From Euryarchaeota archaeon UBA86 (GTDB taxonomy: Archaea; Thermoplasmatota; Poseidoniia; Poseidoniales; Thalassarchaeaceae), in the NCBI GenBank assembly GCA_002503055.1, contig DAQX01000008.1, forward strand, positions 81,439 through 145,438: a stretch of 64,000 nt of DNA, in the 5' to 3' direction. Each line of letters opens with the position of its first letter. The stretch's first letter is position 1. The notes under the pieces were generated by a model. That model did no database searches and had not been told where the DNA came from. It saw only the letters and a list, made by a program, of their open reading frames with translations. Shown here one piece after another: positions 31,311-40,511 of this stretch. A program made the position numbers and the translations under genes.

Positions 31311-34300
31311 TCATAGAGAATTCTGATCATCAAACTCTTCGTCCAATTCTCGGGGATTAAACCCAGACCAAGACTCAATCATGTCTAGATCCTTAGCAAT
31401 CTGTCTCCTTCTAGTTCCGACATACGCAATTCCAGCCATAATCGCCACGGTTAGTACAACAATGAGGAAAGGAAGGCCGCTTCCTAGCAACCAGTCGACC
31501 AAATTGGTTTCCTCTGGCGTCTCAATCTGTACTATCTCTACAAGTCCGGGGCTGACTGTATCTCCGTCTAATGCCCAGACCTCGACTCTTGCGGTGGAAC
31601 CCGAAAGTGTCCAAATTGAAAGGTAAGACCAGATGCCATCATTCGCAAATTGGTCGCCCTCTACTCCGTCATCACGGAACTCGAGTGTCTGAGATACTCC
31701 GGATGATCGCAACTCTCCCCTGACAGAATTGGTAGTCCCGTCGGGGTCGACTAATCTGACAGTAATCAGCACTGGAGTAGGGTCATCGTTTTCGAATACA
31801 ACTGGATTGACCTCGAGTTCGTAGAGTTGGGGTGAACTGGAGCCAATTGTGAGGTTGATTGACATGGATGAGGCCGCCCCTCTAGAGTCTTTGACAAGTA
31901 GATCGACGCGAACTGGTCCCGGGGGAAATGTAGCTGAGTAAACCTGTTTGTCACTGAGAAGAGTACCGTCAGATAGACTCCACTGATAGAGAATGATATC
32001 ATCATCGTAGTCGTAGGATTCTGAAGCGTCGAGCATTACAGGTTCTCCGGGAGGAATGTACTGTCCTTCAGTAAGTCCGGCTATTCCTGCCACAGGTCCA
32101 GTCTCAAGAACCGTAAGAACCTGTGAATGTACTCGCTGCATACCGGTGGAGTCGGTCAGTTCGAATCTTAGAGTATGTACTCCTGCAGGAAGGTAATCAT
32201 TGTACCAATAATTAGTGGTCTTGTCTTCAAGAATTGGTTCTGACATAATGTCTGAATAGACGCTTACTGTGAAATCGTCTCCATCAGGGTCGAACGACTG
32301 TCGGAAGTCGAAGAGAACTGGTAAGTTCGAGTAGACCTCGATACCAGGCATCGGAGAGTCGAGGACTAGCACAGGGGCGGCTTCGTCGACTCTGACCATA
32401 ATTTGGTAGGAATCGCTAGCCCCTGAACCGTCTTCGATAGTCAAGGTGACTTGATGGACACCTTCTGGCAACCTGGTCTGTAGAATCCATCCACTACCCA
32501 TCGGCTCACTGAGCTTGTCACTCTCCCAAAGTACGCTGACTAAATCGGTACTCTGATCGGTGAAAGGGTTGCAGACAAGTCCACTACCATTATTGAGAAG
32601 ATCAGTGCAGGCAGCATCCCAGTCGCCTGAGCCAGTGGCATCGAACAGAAGCAGCTCTCCTGAATCGGTAAGGATACCATCAGATGGGCTCGCGATGATT
32701 GCCACGGGTGGAGAATTGATTACTCTAAGTTCATTGCTAGTGGTACTCCACATACCAGCATGATTAGCCAAATCATCACTCGCGTGCATAGTAATCAGAT
32801 GGTCTCCTTTCGACAAGGTTCCTTCCCAGATTATCTCTGAATCAGGAGTAACTCCGGATGCTAGGAGTCCGTCCCTATCACTCCAGAACTCAAATCTGAC
32901 AGCATCTCCCTCTGGGTCAAATGTGTCGGATCCATCCAATCGAACTGTGTCAGAGGACTTTTCTCCTGATCGAATAATTTCCATACTGGCCACAGGTATC
33001 TCGTTAAACAGTTCGACATTGAAGGTCCAAGAGACTGGGACATTGACTCCATCTGAGGCATACACAGTGACTGAGAACTGATTGGGCGCTCCCGGGAAGG
33101 AGGTGATGATAGTGTCTAGACACTCAGAATCTCCCGATGGAGGTTGCCCAGTTCCATCTCCATACGAGGTCTCGACCCAGCAGTTCAGTTCGTCCCCTTC
33201 TGGGTCATAGGTACTCGCTAAGTGAATTGTAACATTGGCAGTGATGCCAAGATAAAGAGTCCCCCATGAGGAGATAGTAGGAGTAGTTCCTACCGATAGC
33301 ACAGGAGGTAGGTTGATCAACTCAATTTCCCTAGTCTCTTGCACGCAATGGTTGTCAGTATCACAAACCTCGAGAGTAATCTGGTGTGTTCCATCAGATA
33401 GACAGGTTGTCGGTCCTGAATTTGCTTCAAAGACTGAGCCATTTCCATTTAGTGGGCCACAAGTACTCGACAGGTCTCCATCGATATTACTAGTCCAAGA
33501 GTATGACAAATCATCTAGGTCAAGATCCCATGAGCTTGAGGCATTGAATGGGACTACGCTACCGCTTGCTAATATGTCCTCATCAGCAGGTGAATCCCAA
33601 AGAATGAATGGTGGCTGATTCTGTAACTCAAGGCGACAGAATATCGACAAATCCGAGTTTAGTTCGAAGGATGTGGAGTCATTGTGCACTCCATCGTAAT
33701 CGCATCCAGTATACACCATGTTAGTGTCTGACCATCCTTGCATCGGAGTCCAGCGCTCTCCGATGAATGGGCCGTATGTCTCAATTCCTGAGTAGGGCAT
33801 GGTGGCGGTATGTTCAGACTCATACAGATCGAATGACATGTTGACTTCCGCATGAGGAATATGTAGTAGGTTCTGATTCACCACATGCACCTCTACCGGC
33901 CACATCACATCGGCAATGTTGTCCGATCCAGTAAATGTCGGAGTACCGAAATTAGAGGACGATATCCACCTTAGGTGGCTATTGCCCAGCATATCGAAGG
34001 TGTCAGATGATCCGGATGAGAACCATGAATCGGTGAAGTTAGCGAAACTATCCAACATGGAGGCGGGAGCGCTTGAATCGCAGTCAAGTGCAATGTTGTC
34101 GGAAAACAACTCGCTGTGATCGACCAAGTCTAGACAAGAGGCTGTATTTCCTATGATGAAGCTGTTCTCAAAGAAGGAGCTGATCTGACCATCGGCATCC
34201 CAGAGCATGCCTCCATTATCTCCACTGAGATCAACTCCTCTGACAATTCCATCGACCTCATCGAGTTCTATGGCATGGCTGCTAGAGTTGCTAGCAACTC

Positions 34301-35960
34301 TTAGATCATCGATGATTACTGTACCATGGTGGTCCATTCCCGAGTTATCAATATCTAGAGCGGGACCATTTACAGAATCTCTGATTTCTGTAGACAATAG
34401 TTGCAAATCGACGCTTTCGCGTACGACTATGCCATGCTGGTCCTGAATCGAAGTACACTCGAAGCAAGTGACATTCTTACCTCCACTCATCACATCATTC
34501 GACTCTTCAAAGTAAATCCCAGCACCTAATTCGGGAAGCGTGACTCCGAGTCCATTCTGAAATGTAGAAACATATGCCAGTTCGACATTACTTGAGTCTC
34601 TAACTGAAACCCCATGGCCGGCGTTTCCTATACTGAGAATACCTGAGAGATCCGGATGGAACTCTCTCAAATCGACTCCGTTGGCGCCATTACCCGTAAT
34701 CACCCAGTCTGCGCCTTGGGCTCCACCTTTCCACAATAGAACACCAGGTCCGGTGGAATTAGTCACCACGAGATCGTTGATTGTGGGAGCCCAGTTTGCG
34801 CTGCGCATGAACATCCCTGCTCTGTCATTAATTGGTGCACTTGAACTCGCTCTTCCATTGCTGTGGAGTTCGATTCCATTCAGTATGGTAGAGGGTCCAA
34901 TCATGTATGCCTTGAAGCCAACAGCCATGTTATCTTCGATTAGAGCGTCGGTGACTCTCACACCGCTAGTATTCACCTCAAAAGCAGCGTACCCCAGCCC
35001 TGGAGTCTTGGCCCCTGGTCCTCCGGTACCTCTCAAGACTAAGTCGTTGAAGATAGCATTGTGAGGTACATTGGAAAATAGGCTGTGATTGTACTGCTCT
35101 ACCATTACTCCTCGGTATTGGCTGTCCTCAACCGTAAGTCCTACGAAGTTAGGTCGTGTTGTCCAGCCAGAAGTGATGTGTCGAACATAGACTCCATTGT
35201 CACAACGAGTCACCGTGGAATCAGAAATTAGAGGAATTGAGTCTTCGACCCAGATGCCTGCAGCTATGGCTAGAGTCGATCCAGTGATGTTGGAGATCTC
35301 AAGATTGGAAATCAGACCGCCTGAGTTTCCCCAATAGTTTACACCTCTAGTGATTAATCCATCAGCAGTTAATCCATCCACAATTGGGGCTGAATATGCC
35401 CCGACGGAGAGTCCTATCCCGTATCTCCACGAAGTTGAGATTCCGTGTAGGTCTTGTCCTCCTCCATCAATTACCAAATCGTTGATTCGTGGAGAAGCCC
35501 CATCAAACAAGTCAACTGCGACCCTGTCCGCATTAATCACTTTGAGATCGTTGAGAGTAGGGTCACTGTCGTATATTGTGACCCCCCACTCAGCATCGGT
35601 TATGGTAAGGTTCTCAATCTTCGAGCCCAAACCACTGCTGCTAGAGTTGAACACAATGCCCTCGTGGTTACCAATGATGGACTCAAGAATGACCGGGTCG
35701 GACGAAGTCCCCTGAACAGTAATTCTACCAGCAACGAGAATGCTCTGATCATCACCAAGTTGGATAGTGGTGCCAGACTGAACAACTAGTATATCTCCGC
35801 TCTCTACTGTGTATCCACTAGTTAGTGTCACTGTACCAGACCATACGGTCGTAGAACGGGGTCCAGAGCTAGATGTTGCCACGGCTAGAGGCGCATAGGA
35901 CGCAAGAAGGAGCGCGACTAACGCTATGACGGCCATGCGGCCGTCCTGTCGTTCAAGCAT
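31311..35960 (-). CDS. large cell-surface protein: parallel beta-helix, PKD/Ig-like repeats and C-terminal TM anchor
   Basis: Signal peptide; N..G repeats; repeated NxPP...FDAS.S.D.D.D.L...W.S modules; DDG..GD..ANDGIW; TM followed by RRR. Confidence 0.8.
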   Translation of the reverse strand: MLERQDGRMAVIALVALLLASYAPLAVATSSSGPRSTTVWSGTVTLTSGYTVESGDILVVQSGTTIQLGDDQSILVAGRITVQGTSSDPVILESIIGNHEGIVFNSSSSGLGSKIENLTITDAEWGVTIYDSDPTLNDLKVINADRVAVDLFDGASPRINDLVIDGGGQDLHGISTSWRYGIGLSVGAYSAPIVDGLTADGLITRGVNYWGNSGGLISNLEISNITGSTLAIAAGIWVEDSIPLISDSTVTRCDNGVYVRHITSGWTTRPNFVGLTVEDSQYRGVMVEQYNHSLFSNVPHNAIFNDLVLRGTGGPGAKTPGLGYAAFEVNTSGVRVTDALIEDNMAVGFKAYMIGPSTILNGIELHSNGRASSSAPINDRAGMFMRSANWAPTINDLVVTNSTGPGVLLWKGGAQGADWVITGNGANGVDLREFHPDLSGILSIGNAGHGVSVRDSSNVELAYVSTFQNGLGVTLPELGAGIYFEESNDVMSGGKNVTCFECTSIQDQHGIVVRESVDLQLLSTEIRDSVNGPALDIDNSGMDHHGTVIIDDLRVASNSSSHAIELDEVDGIVRGVDLSGDNGGMLWDADGQISSFFENSFIIGNTASCLDLVDHSELFSDNIALDCDSSAPASMLDSFANFTDSWFSSGSSDTFDMLGNSHLRWISSSNFGTPTFTGSDNIADVMWPVEVHVVNQNLLHIPHAEVNMSFDLYESEHTATMPYSGIETYGPFIGERWTPMQGWSDTNMVYTGCDYDGVHNDSTSFELNSDLSIFCRLELQNQPPFILWDSPADEDILASGSVVPFNASSSWDLDLDDLSYSWTSNIDGDLSSTCGPLNGNGSVFEANSGPTTCLSDGTHQITLEVCDTDNHCVQETREIELINLPPVLSVGTTPTISSWGTLYLGITANVTIHLASTYDPEGDELNCWVETSYGDGTGQPPSGDSECLDTIITSFPGAPNQFSVTVYASDGVNVPVSWTFNVELFNEIPVASMEIIRSGEKSSDTVRLDGSDTFDPEGDAVRFEFWSDRDGLLASGVTPDSEIIWEGTLSKGDHLITMHASDDLANHAGMWSTTSNELRVINSPPVAIIASPSDGILTDSGELLLFDATGSGDWDAACTDLLNNGSGLVCNPFTDQSTDLVSVLWESDKLSEPMGSGWILQTRLPEGVHQVTLTIEDGSGASDSYQIMVRVDEAAPVLVLDSPMPGIEVYSNLPVLFDFRQSFDPDGDDFTVSVYSDIMSEPILEDKTTNYWYNDYLPAGVHTLRFELTDSTGMQRVHSQVLTVLETGPVAGIAGLTEGQYIPPGEPVMLDASESYDYDDDIILYQWSLSDGTLLSDKQVYSATFPPGPVRVDLLVKDSRGAASSMSINLTIGSSSPQLYELEVNPVVFENDDPTPVLITVRLVDPDGTTNSVRGELRSSGVSQTLEFRDDGVEGDQFANDGIWSYLSIWTLSGSTARVEVWALDGDTVSPGLVEIVQIETPEETNLVDWLLGSGLPFLIVVLTVAIMAGIAYVGTRRRQIAKDLDMIESWSGFNPRELDEEFDDQNSL

Positions 35961-36070
35961 GGCTTCGGGCTCGCTCTCTGACTGTTATCCCTTGCGGGCT
36001 GATGAGCAGTGAGGGATTATCGCACAGCAGAGGTCATAAACACCAACCGAACGGGTCGCTTTGAGGACTC

Positions 36071-36304
36071 ATGAGTACAGCATTTGTACTAATCAGGGCC
36101 GAGCCTGGTTGCGAGCGAGAGGTCTACTTGTCGCTGTTGGACATCGACAGAATCACAGAGACTCATGTCGCTTACGGAGAGTACGACATCATAGCTAGAA
36201 TCGACTTCGATGATGAGCATGAGATGGCACAGACTCTCATCGGTCAGATGAGATCATTACCTGGCATTATCAAGACTGAGACTCTGATTGCTGTGGAGGT
36301 CTGA
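36071..36304 (+). CDS. stand-alone Lrp/AsnC ligand-binding (RAM) domain protein
   Basis: AFVLI..EPG.E, YGEYDIIA and PGI.KTETLI motifs; no HTH; GAGGA RBS. Confidence 0.88.
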   Translation: MSTAFVLIRAEPGCEREVYLSLLDIDRITETHVAYGEYDIIARIDFDDEHEMAQTLIGQMRSLPGIIKTETLIAVEV

Positions 36305-36306
36305 GA

Positions 36307-36540
36307 ATGGCTGTTGGATTCGTACTAATCACTACCGAGACTGGTTGCGAGGTGTCTGTTAGAGAGGCTGTCAGCGCGATTGAAGGAGTCGTCGGACAGT
36401 GGATTGTCTTCGGTCCGCATGACCTGTTTGTGAAGGTCGAGGCAGATGATGAATCGGAGTTAACTCGCTGTATCGTGAAGGGTATCAGAGAGGTTCCCGG
36501 AATCATTGAGACTAGGACGCTAATCGGTGCTGAAATCTAA
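36307..36540 (+). CDS. stand-alone Lrp/AsnC ligand-binding (RAM) domain protein (paralog)
   Basis: GFVLI..ETG.E, FGPHDLFVKV and PGI.ETRTLI motifs; GGAGGT RBS. Confidence 0.88.
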   Translation: MAVGFVLITTETGCEVSVREAVSAIEGVVGQWIVFGPHDLFVKVEADDESELTRCIVKGIREVPGIIETRTLIGAEI

Positions 36541-38699
36541 ATCTCGCGGGCAATCATCGAAATCAGTTGATTGGCTGCTGAGCTACACTCGGCCATCCTG
36601 AATCTGCTCACAGCCTCGTTCCAATGAGAGAGGCGGTAATTTGGCTCCAACACGCCTCTCCAGTACCATCTCTGAGCGTTCAGCCTGCGCTGCATAGGTG
36701 AGTCATCACGCAGTCTGAAGCCAACTATTGATGAGTGTGCTTCTACTAGCCAGTCGGGATGTTTGTCCATGGACTCAAGAGTGGCATGAATCAGTCTTAT
36801 TCTGTAAATTCCCTCTGACGACTCGATCGCCTTACGGATAGCATTCATTGCCTCTAGAGGAATGTTTCCTTCAGTCAGAGAAGAGAGGCTTGACCTGAGG
36901 TCCAGCAGAGATACTGCACTGGGATCTTCTCCTATACTGATTTCAATCGAGGTACGAGCCCGTGCGGCCTCCGAAAGGTTGCCTGAATCTAGTGCGATAC
37001 TATGCCTGACTAGCTCTATTGACAGGTTCCCTGCCGCCCTATATGGTTCGGCTAGACCGGAGAGGTCGATTGAGTCTGCTAAGGAGATAAGTTGAGTTGC
37101 CAACGATTGTTGAATCCTACCTGGTAGTCGGTCGTCATGGAGTCTGACGAGTGCAGATATTGTGGTCTTTGCGCGCTCTTCGGGTTGCATCTCGGACAAT
37201 GCACTCGATTCGAGTTCCATTGCAGCCTCCGAATCGCCTCTCATCCTAGCTACTCTTGCTAGACGCATCTTACTTGATGGTCCTGGGCTTAACTCGGAGA
37301 TGTGATTCTCTGCGATTGAAACCTCTCCTCTATCAAGAGCCAGGTCTGCAGCAGCTTCTCTGAGTGGCTCGGAGTCACTAATTTCGACTGCCTGTTCTAG
37401 AACCACAGCGGCAGCCGCACTATCCTCATCGGCGATACTGCCGATGTTCTCACTAATCCAATCTGTATCCATCTCTCCTGCATTCATCATGTGGTGACTC
37501 TGGATTCTGCGAGCCCTTGCTCCGTCTCTGGTTGACCATAGACTCGCGGCCTTGGAGTGCATAGACTTGGCTTGATCAGAAGACCATGTTCCTCGCCTGA
37601 CATTTCTGATTAGGTGATGAGGTTCAGCAATTGTTCCCATCCACCTGAGAATTGCGGCCTCATCAAGTTCCAAGGTTCCAGACTCGTCAAACAATTCCTC
37701 AATCGCAAGAGGAGTTGGAGATATACAAAGTTCGTCGAGTGTGGTCATTCCATCCTCACTCAGCCTGCGCATCACTGTTGACTCGACGAAGTCCTGTACC
37801 GCTTCAACTCTCTCTGGAAGTGTCTCCCCGGGAGACCATAGGTGTAGTGCAAGTGGGTGACCTGCTAACTTCTCCGCCACGCTCACGGCCTCCTTCTCGT
37901 CCAAATCACTAGGTAGAATCTCAATTGCATGTTTGGACTCCAGTCCATCTAATACAACCTCTGAGAGTGTTTGAAGTGGCCCGAATGGACTAGGTGATCT
38001 GACTACAACGAGAATGGGCGAATCGCTAGACGCGGCCTGATTAATCAAATCAGCAACTCCATCAGAGTGGCGATGGTGCAACTCTTGAGCTTCATCGATT
38101 ACGAGTAGTGTTCTCTGTCCTGCCGCTGAAGAAATAATAGTCGAGGAGTCGCTCAGATTCTCGCCTAACCACATCTCTCCTATTGTAGAAGTGTCTGAGT
38201 CGATTGAACAAGAGGCCCATCGGACTGCCCAGCCGCTGTTTACGACTATCTCGGCGATATCTCTCGCCAGACTGGACTTGCCCACCCCTGGAAGTCCGCT
38301 GAGAAGAACGCTAGTTCCCCCAGTAAGCATATCGACTAAATTTTCTGATATCTCAACCCTACCGTGAAGAGTTGACTTATCTGGCAGTGGCCCGTAACTT
38401 CTACCTCTTCTAGTGGCAGATTCCGGTTCGTTCTCTGAGAGAACCTGTCTACCAGCATCAGTGATATGGACTACAGTTCTACGACGAGAACCTCCTCCGA
38501 TTACATGTGCTTTTCGAGTAGTAATCAGGCCATCCTCTTCCATCGATGTAAGTGGGATGTGAAGAGCCGATCTAACCACTCCTAGAGATTCGGCGAGACC
38601 GGGGAGTGAGAGTTCACGGGGCACATCCCAAGTCTGTTTCATCTCATCTCCAAACTGGGCGAGTCGGGCGAGGATACGACGCTGGGCCTCGGGAATCAC
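36537..38699 (-). CDS. wHTH + STAND-type (NB-ARC-like) NTPase + helical repeat protein
   Basis: N-terminal wHTH; Walker A GLPGVGKS, Walker B LLVIDE, GHPLAL (GxP motif); all-helical C-terminus. Confidence 0.75.
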   Translation of the reverse strand: MIPEAQRRILARLAQFGDEMKQTWDVPRELSLPGLAESLGVVRSALHIPLTSMEEDGLITTRKAHVIGGGSRRRTVVHITDAGRQVLSENEPESATRRGRSYGPLPDKSTLHGRVEISENLVDMLTGGTSVLLSGLPGVGKSSLARDIAEIVVNSGWAVRWASCSIDSDTSTIGEMWLGENLSDSSTIISSAAGQRTLLVIDEAQELHHRHSDGVADLINQAASSDSPILVVVRSPSPFGPLQTLSEVVLDGLESKHAIEILPSDLDEKEAVSVAEKLAGHPLALHLWSPGETLPERVEAVQDFVESTVMRRLSEDGMTTLDELCISPTPLAIEELFDESGTLELDEAAILRWMGTIAEPHHLIRNVRRGTWSSDQAKSMHSKAASLWSTRDGARARRIQSHHMMNAGEMDTDWISENIGSIADEDSAAAAVVLEQAVEISDSEPLREAAADLALDRGEVSIAENHISELSPGPSSKMRLARVARMRGDSEAAMELESSALSEMQPEERAKTTISALVRLHDDRLPGRIQQSLATQLISLADSIDLSGLAEPYRAAGNLSIELVRHSIALDSGNLSEAARARTSIEISIGEDPSAVSLLDLRSSLSSLTEGNIPLEAMNAIRKAIESSEGIYRIRLIHATLESMDKHPDWLVEAHSSIVGFRLRDDSPMQRRLNAQRWYWRGVLEPNYRLSHWNEAVSRFRMAECSSAANQLISMIAREI

Positions 38700-38754
38700 A
38701 GTATGCGAGCAAAGGCACGGGTTCATGGGCGTTCACCTGCGGCGCATCAAGTAC

Positions 38755-40455
38755 ATGGCTCTCAAACAGGATAGTCTTGAGATGCCTCGTAAGCCCGGAG
38801 TCTATCTGTTCCGGCGCTCGGATGACAGGGTAATGTATGTCGGTAAGGCGACTAATCTACGCTCTCGCGTCCGGTCCTATTTCGCTGCCAACCCTGATCG
38901 TGATATGATTCCCCTTCTAATCAGGGATTCAGATCGTATCGACTTCATTGTAACCAAGAGTCCTAACGATGCGCTCATCCTTGAGCGGCAACTCATCAGA
39001 GAGCACAGGCCGCACTACAATTCGATGTTGAAGGACGATAAATCGTATCCTTTCATCGCCTTGAGTTCAGATGAGTATCCGAGAATCATCTACACCAGAA
39101 ACCCCCCTAAGGATGCAAAGCTATGGGGTCCCTTTTCAGATGCCAAAGCTGCAAAAGAGGTCATCAAGTTAATCAGGCGTTTTTTTGGAATCCGGGATGT
39201 TCGTGATAATCTTCCCTTCGGTTATTTCGAATCATCAGACACAGATGACTATCCGGAACGTGTCAAGGCTGTTGAGAGTATTCTCGATGGGGATGCTTTA
39301 TTGTTGATTGAGAATCTCCAACGAGAAATGGATGAATACAGTAAGAGTCTGCAATATGAAGCGGCAGCTAGGAGTCGTGATCTTATTGCAGCAGTACAGC
39401 AAACACTCGCGCAGCAGGTCATTCACTCAAGATTCTACCAGGAATGTGATGCGGTAGGATTTGCCAATCGGGGTGATCTGGGGGCCATCGTTCTTTTATC
39501 TGCACAGGAGGGTATGATTGTTGGTCAAACGCAATATCCACTAATACATCGTGGAGATATTACAGAATCCGTGTGTCGCGTCCTCTCTGAGCACTATTCC
39601 CAGCGTAAACCACCCAAGACAATCCTTGTTCCATCCCCAATTGGAGAATGGATGGAGGAGTGGTTAACTGAACGCAGAGGATCTAAGGTCGAGGTGAGGA
39701 ATCCACAAAGAGGTGAATTGACCAAATTACGTCGAATGGCAGATGCCAATGCTGAGGCTCAATTAATGCGTAATCAACTCAGACAGAGTGGTAATTTGGA
39801 ACAGAGGGCTGCAATCGATGGAGCGAGATTGCTAGATATGGAAAAATTGGACAATATTGTCTGCTTCGATATGGCTCAGTTGCAAGGAGAGGAGCGTGTG
39901 GGTGCAAGTATCAGCCTTCGTAATGGTCGTCCAGACAAAAAGGAGTACCGGACCTATGTGGTGAAAGATATGTCCATGGATGATGTTCGAATGATGGCTC
40001 ATGTCATTGAAAGATGGCTCAAGAGACAAGAAAAATGGCCTGACCTTTTGCTCATCGATGGTGGAGTCGTTCATCTAAATGAAATTCACAACCTATTGAT
40101 CAATCATGGTTTGATTGATTGTCTTCCTTTAGCATCCCTTTCAAAGCGTGAAGAGACAATTCACAGAATCGACAGAGATGATATCATTCTAGATCGTCGT
40201 GGGCGTGTCCTTGTCTTCGCGCGAGATGAAGCTCATAGATTCGTCAATTCATTCCATCGTAAGAGAAGAGGTAGGGGTGCATTGAGTGACCCCCTCGAAG
40301 AGATAGAAGGAATTGGAGCGAAGAAGATTCAGGCTCTGTTAAGACACTTCGGAGGTAGACGAGGTATCGAGCATGCAAGCATCAGAGAATTGCGTGAAGT
40401 CCCGGGTATTGGCAAGTCGATGGCGGAGCGTATACACCAGCATTTGAATGGCTAA
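38755..40455 (+). CDS. uvrC: excinuclease ABC subunit C
   Basis: GIY-YIG (PGVY...YVGKA.NLR.RV.SYF), KDDKSYP, DLLLIDGG, RDEAHRF and HhH motifs. Confidence 0.95.
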   Translation: MALKQDSLEMPRKPGVYLFRRSDDRVMYVGKATNLRSRVRSYFAANPDRDMIPLLIRDSDRIDFIVTKSPNDALILERQLIREHRPHYNSMLKDDKSYPFIALSSDEYPRIIYTRNPPKDAKLWGPFSDAKAAKEVIKLIRRFFGIRDVRDNLPFGYFESSDTDDYPERVKAVESILDGDALLLIENLQREMDEYSKSLQYEAAARSRDLIAAVQQTLAQQVIHSRFYQECDAVGFANRGDLGAIVLLSAQEGMIVGQTQYPLIHRGDITESVCRVLSEHYSQRKPPKTILVPSPIGEWMEEWLTERRGSKVEVRNPQRGELTKLRRMADANAEAQLMRNQLRQSGNLEQRAAIDGARLLDMEKLDNIVCFDMAQLQGEERVGASISLRNGRPDKKEYRTYVVKDMSMDDVRMMAHVIERWLKRQEKWPDLLLIDGGVVHLNEIHNLLINHGLIDCLPLASLSKREETIHRIDRDDIILDRRGRVLVFARDEAHRFVNSFHRKRRGRGALSDPLEEIEGIGAKKIQALLRHFGGRRGIEHASIRELREVPGIGKSMAERIHQHLNG

Positions 40456-40511
40456 TCTTCCCACCATTTTTCTTCTTTTTCAGATTATTCCCGGCGGAAC
40501 CCCATGGAAGC

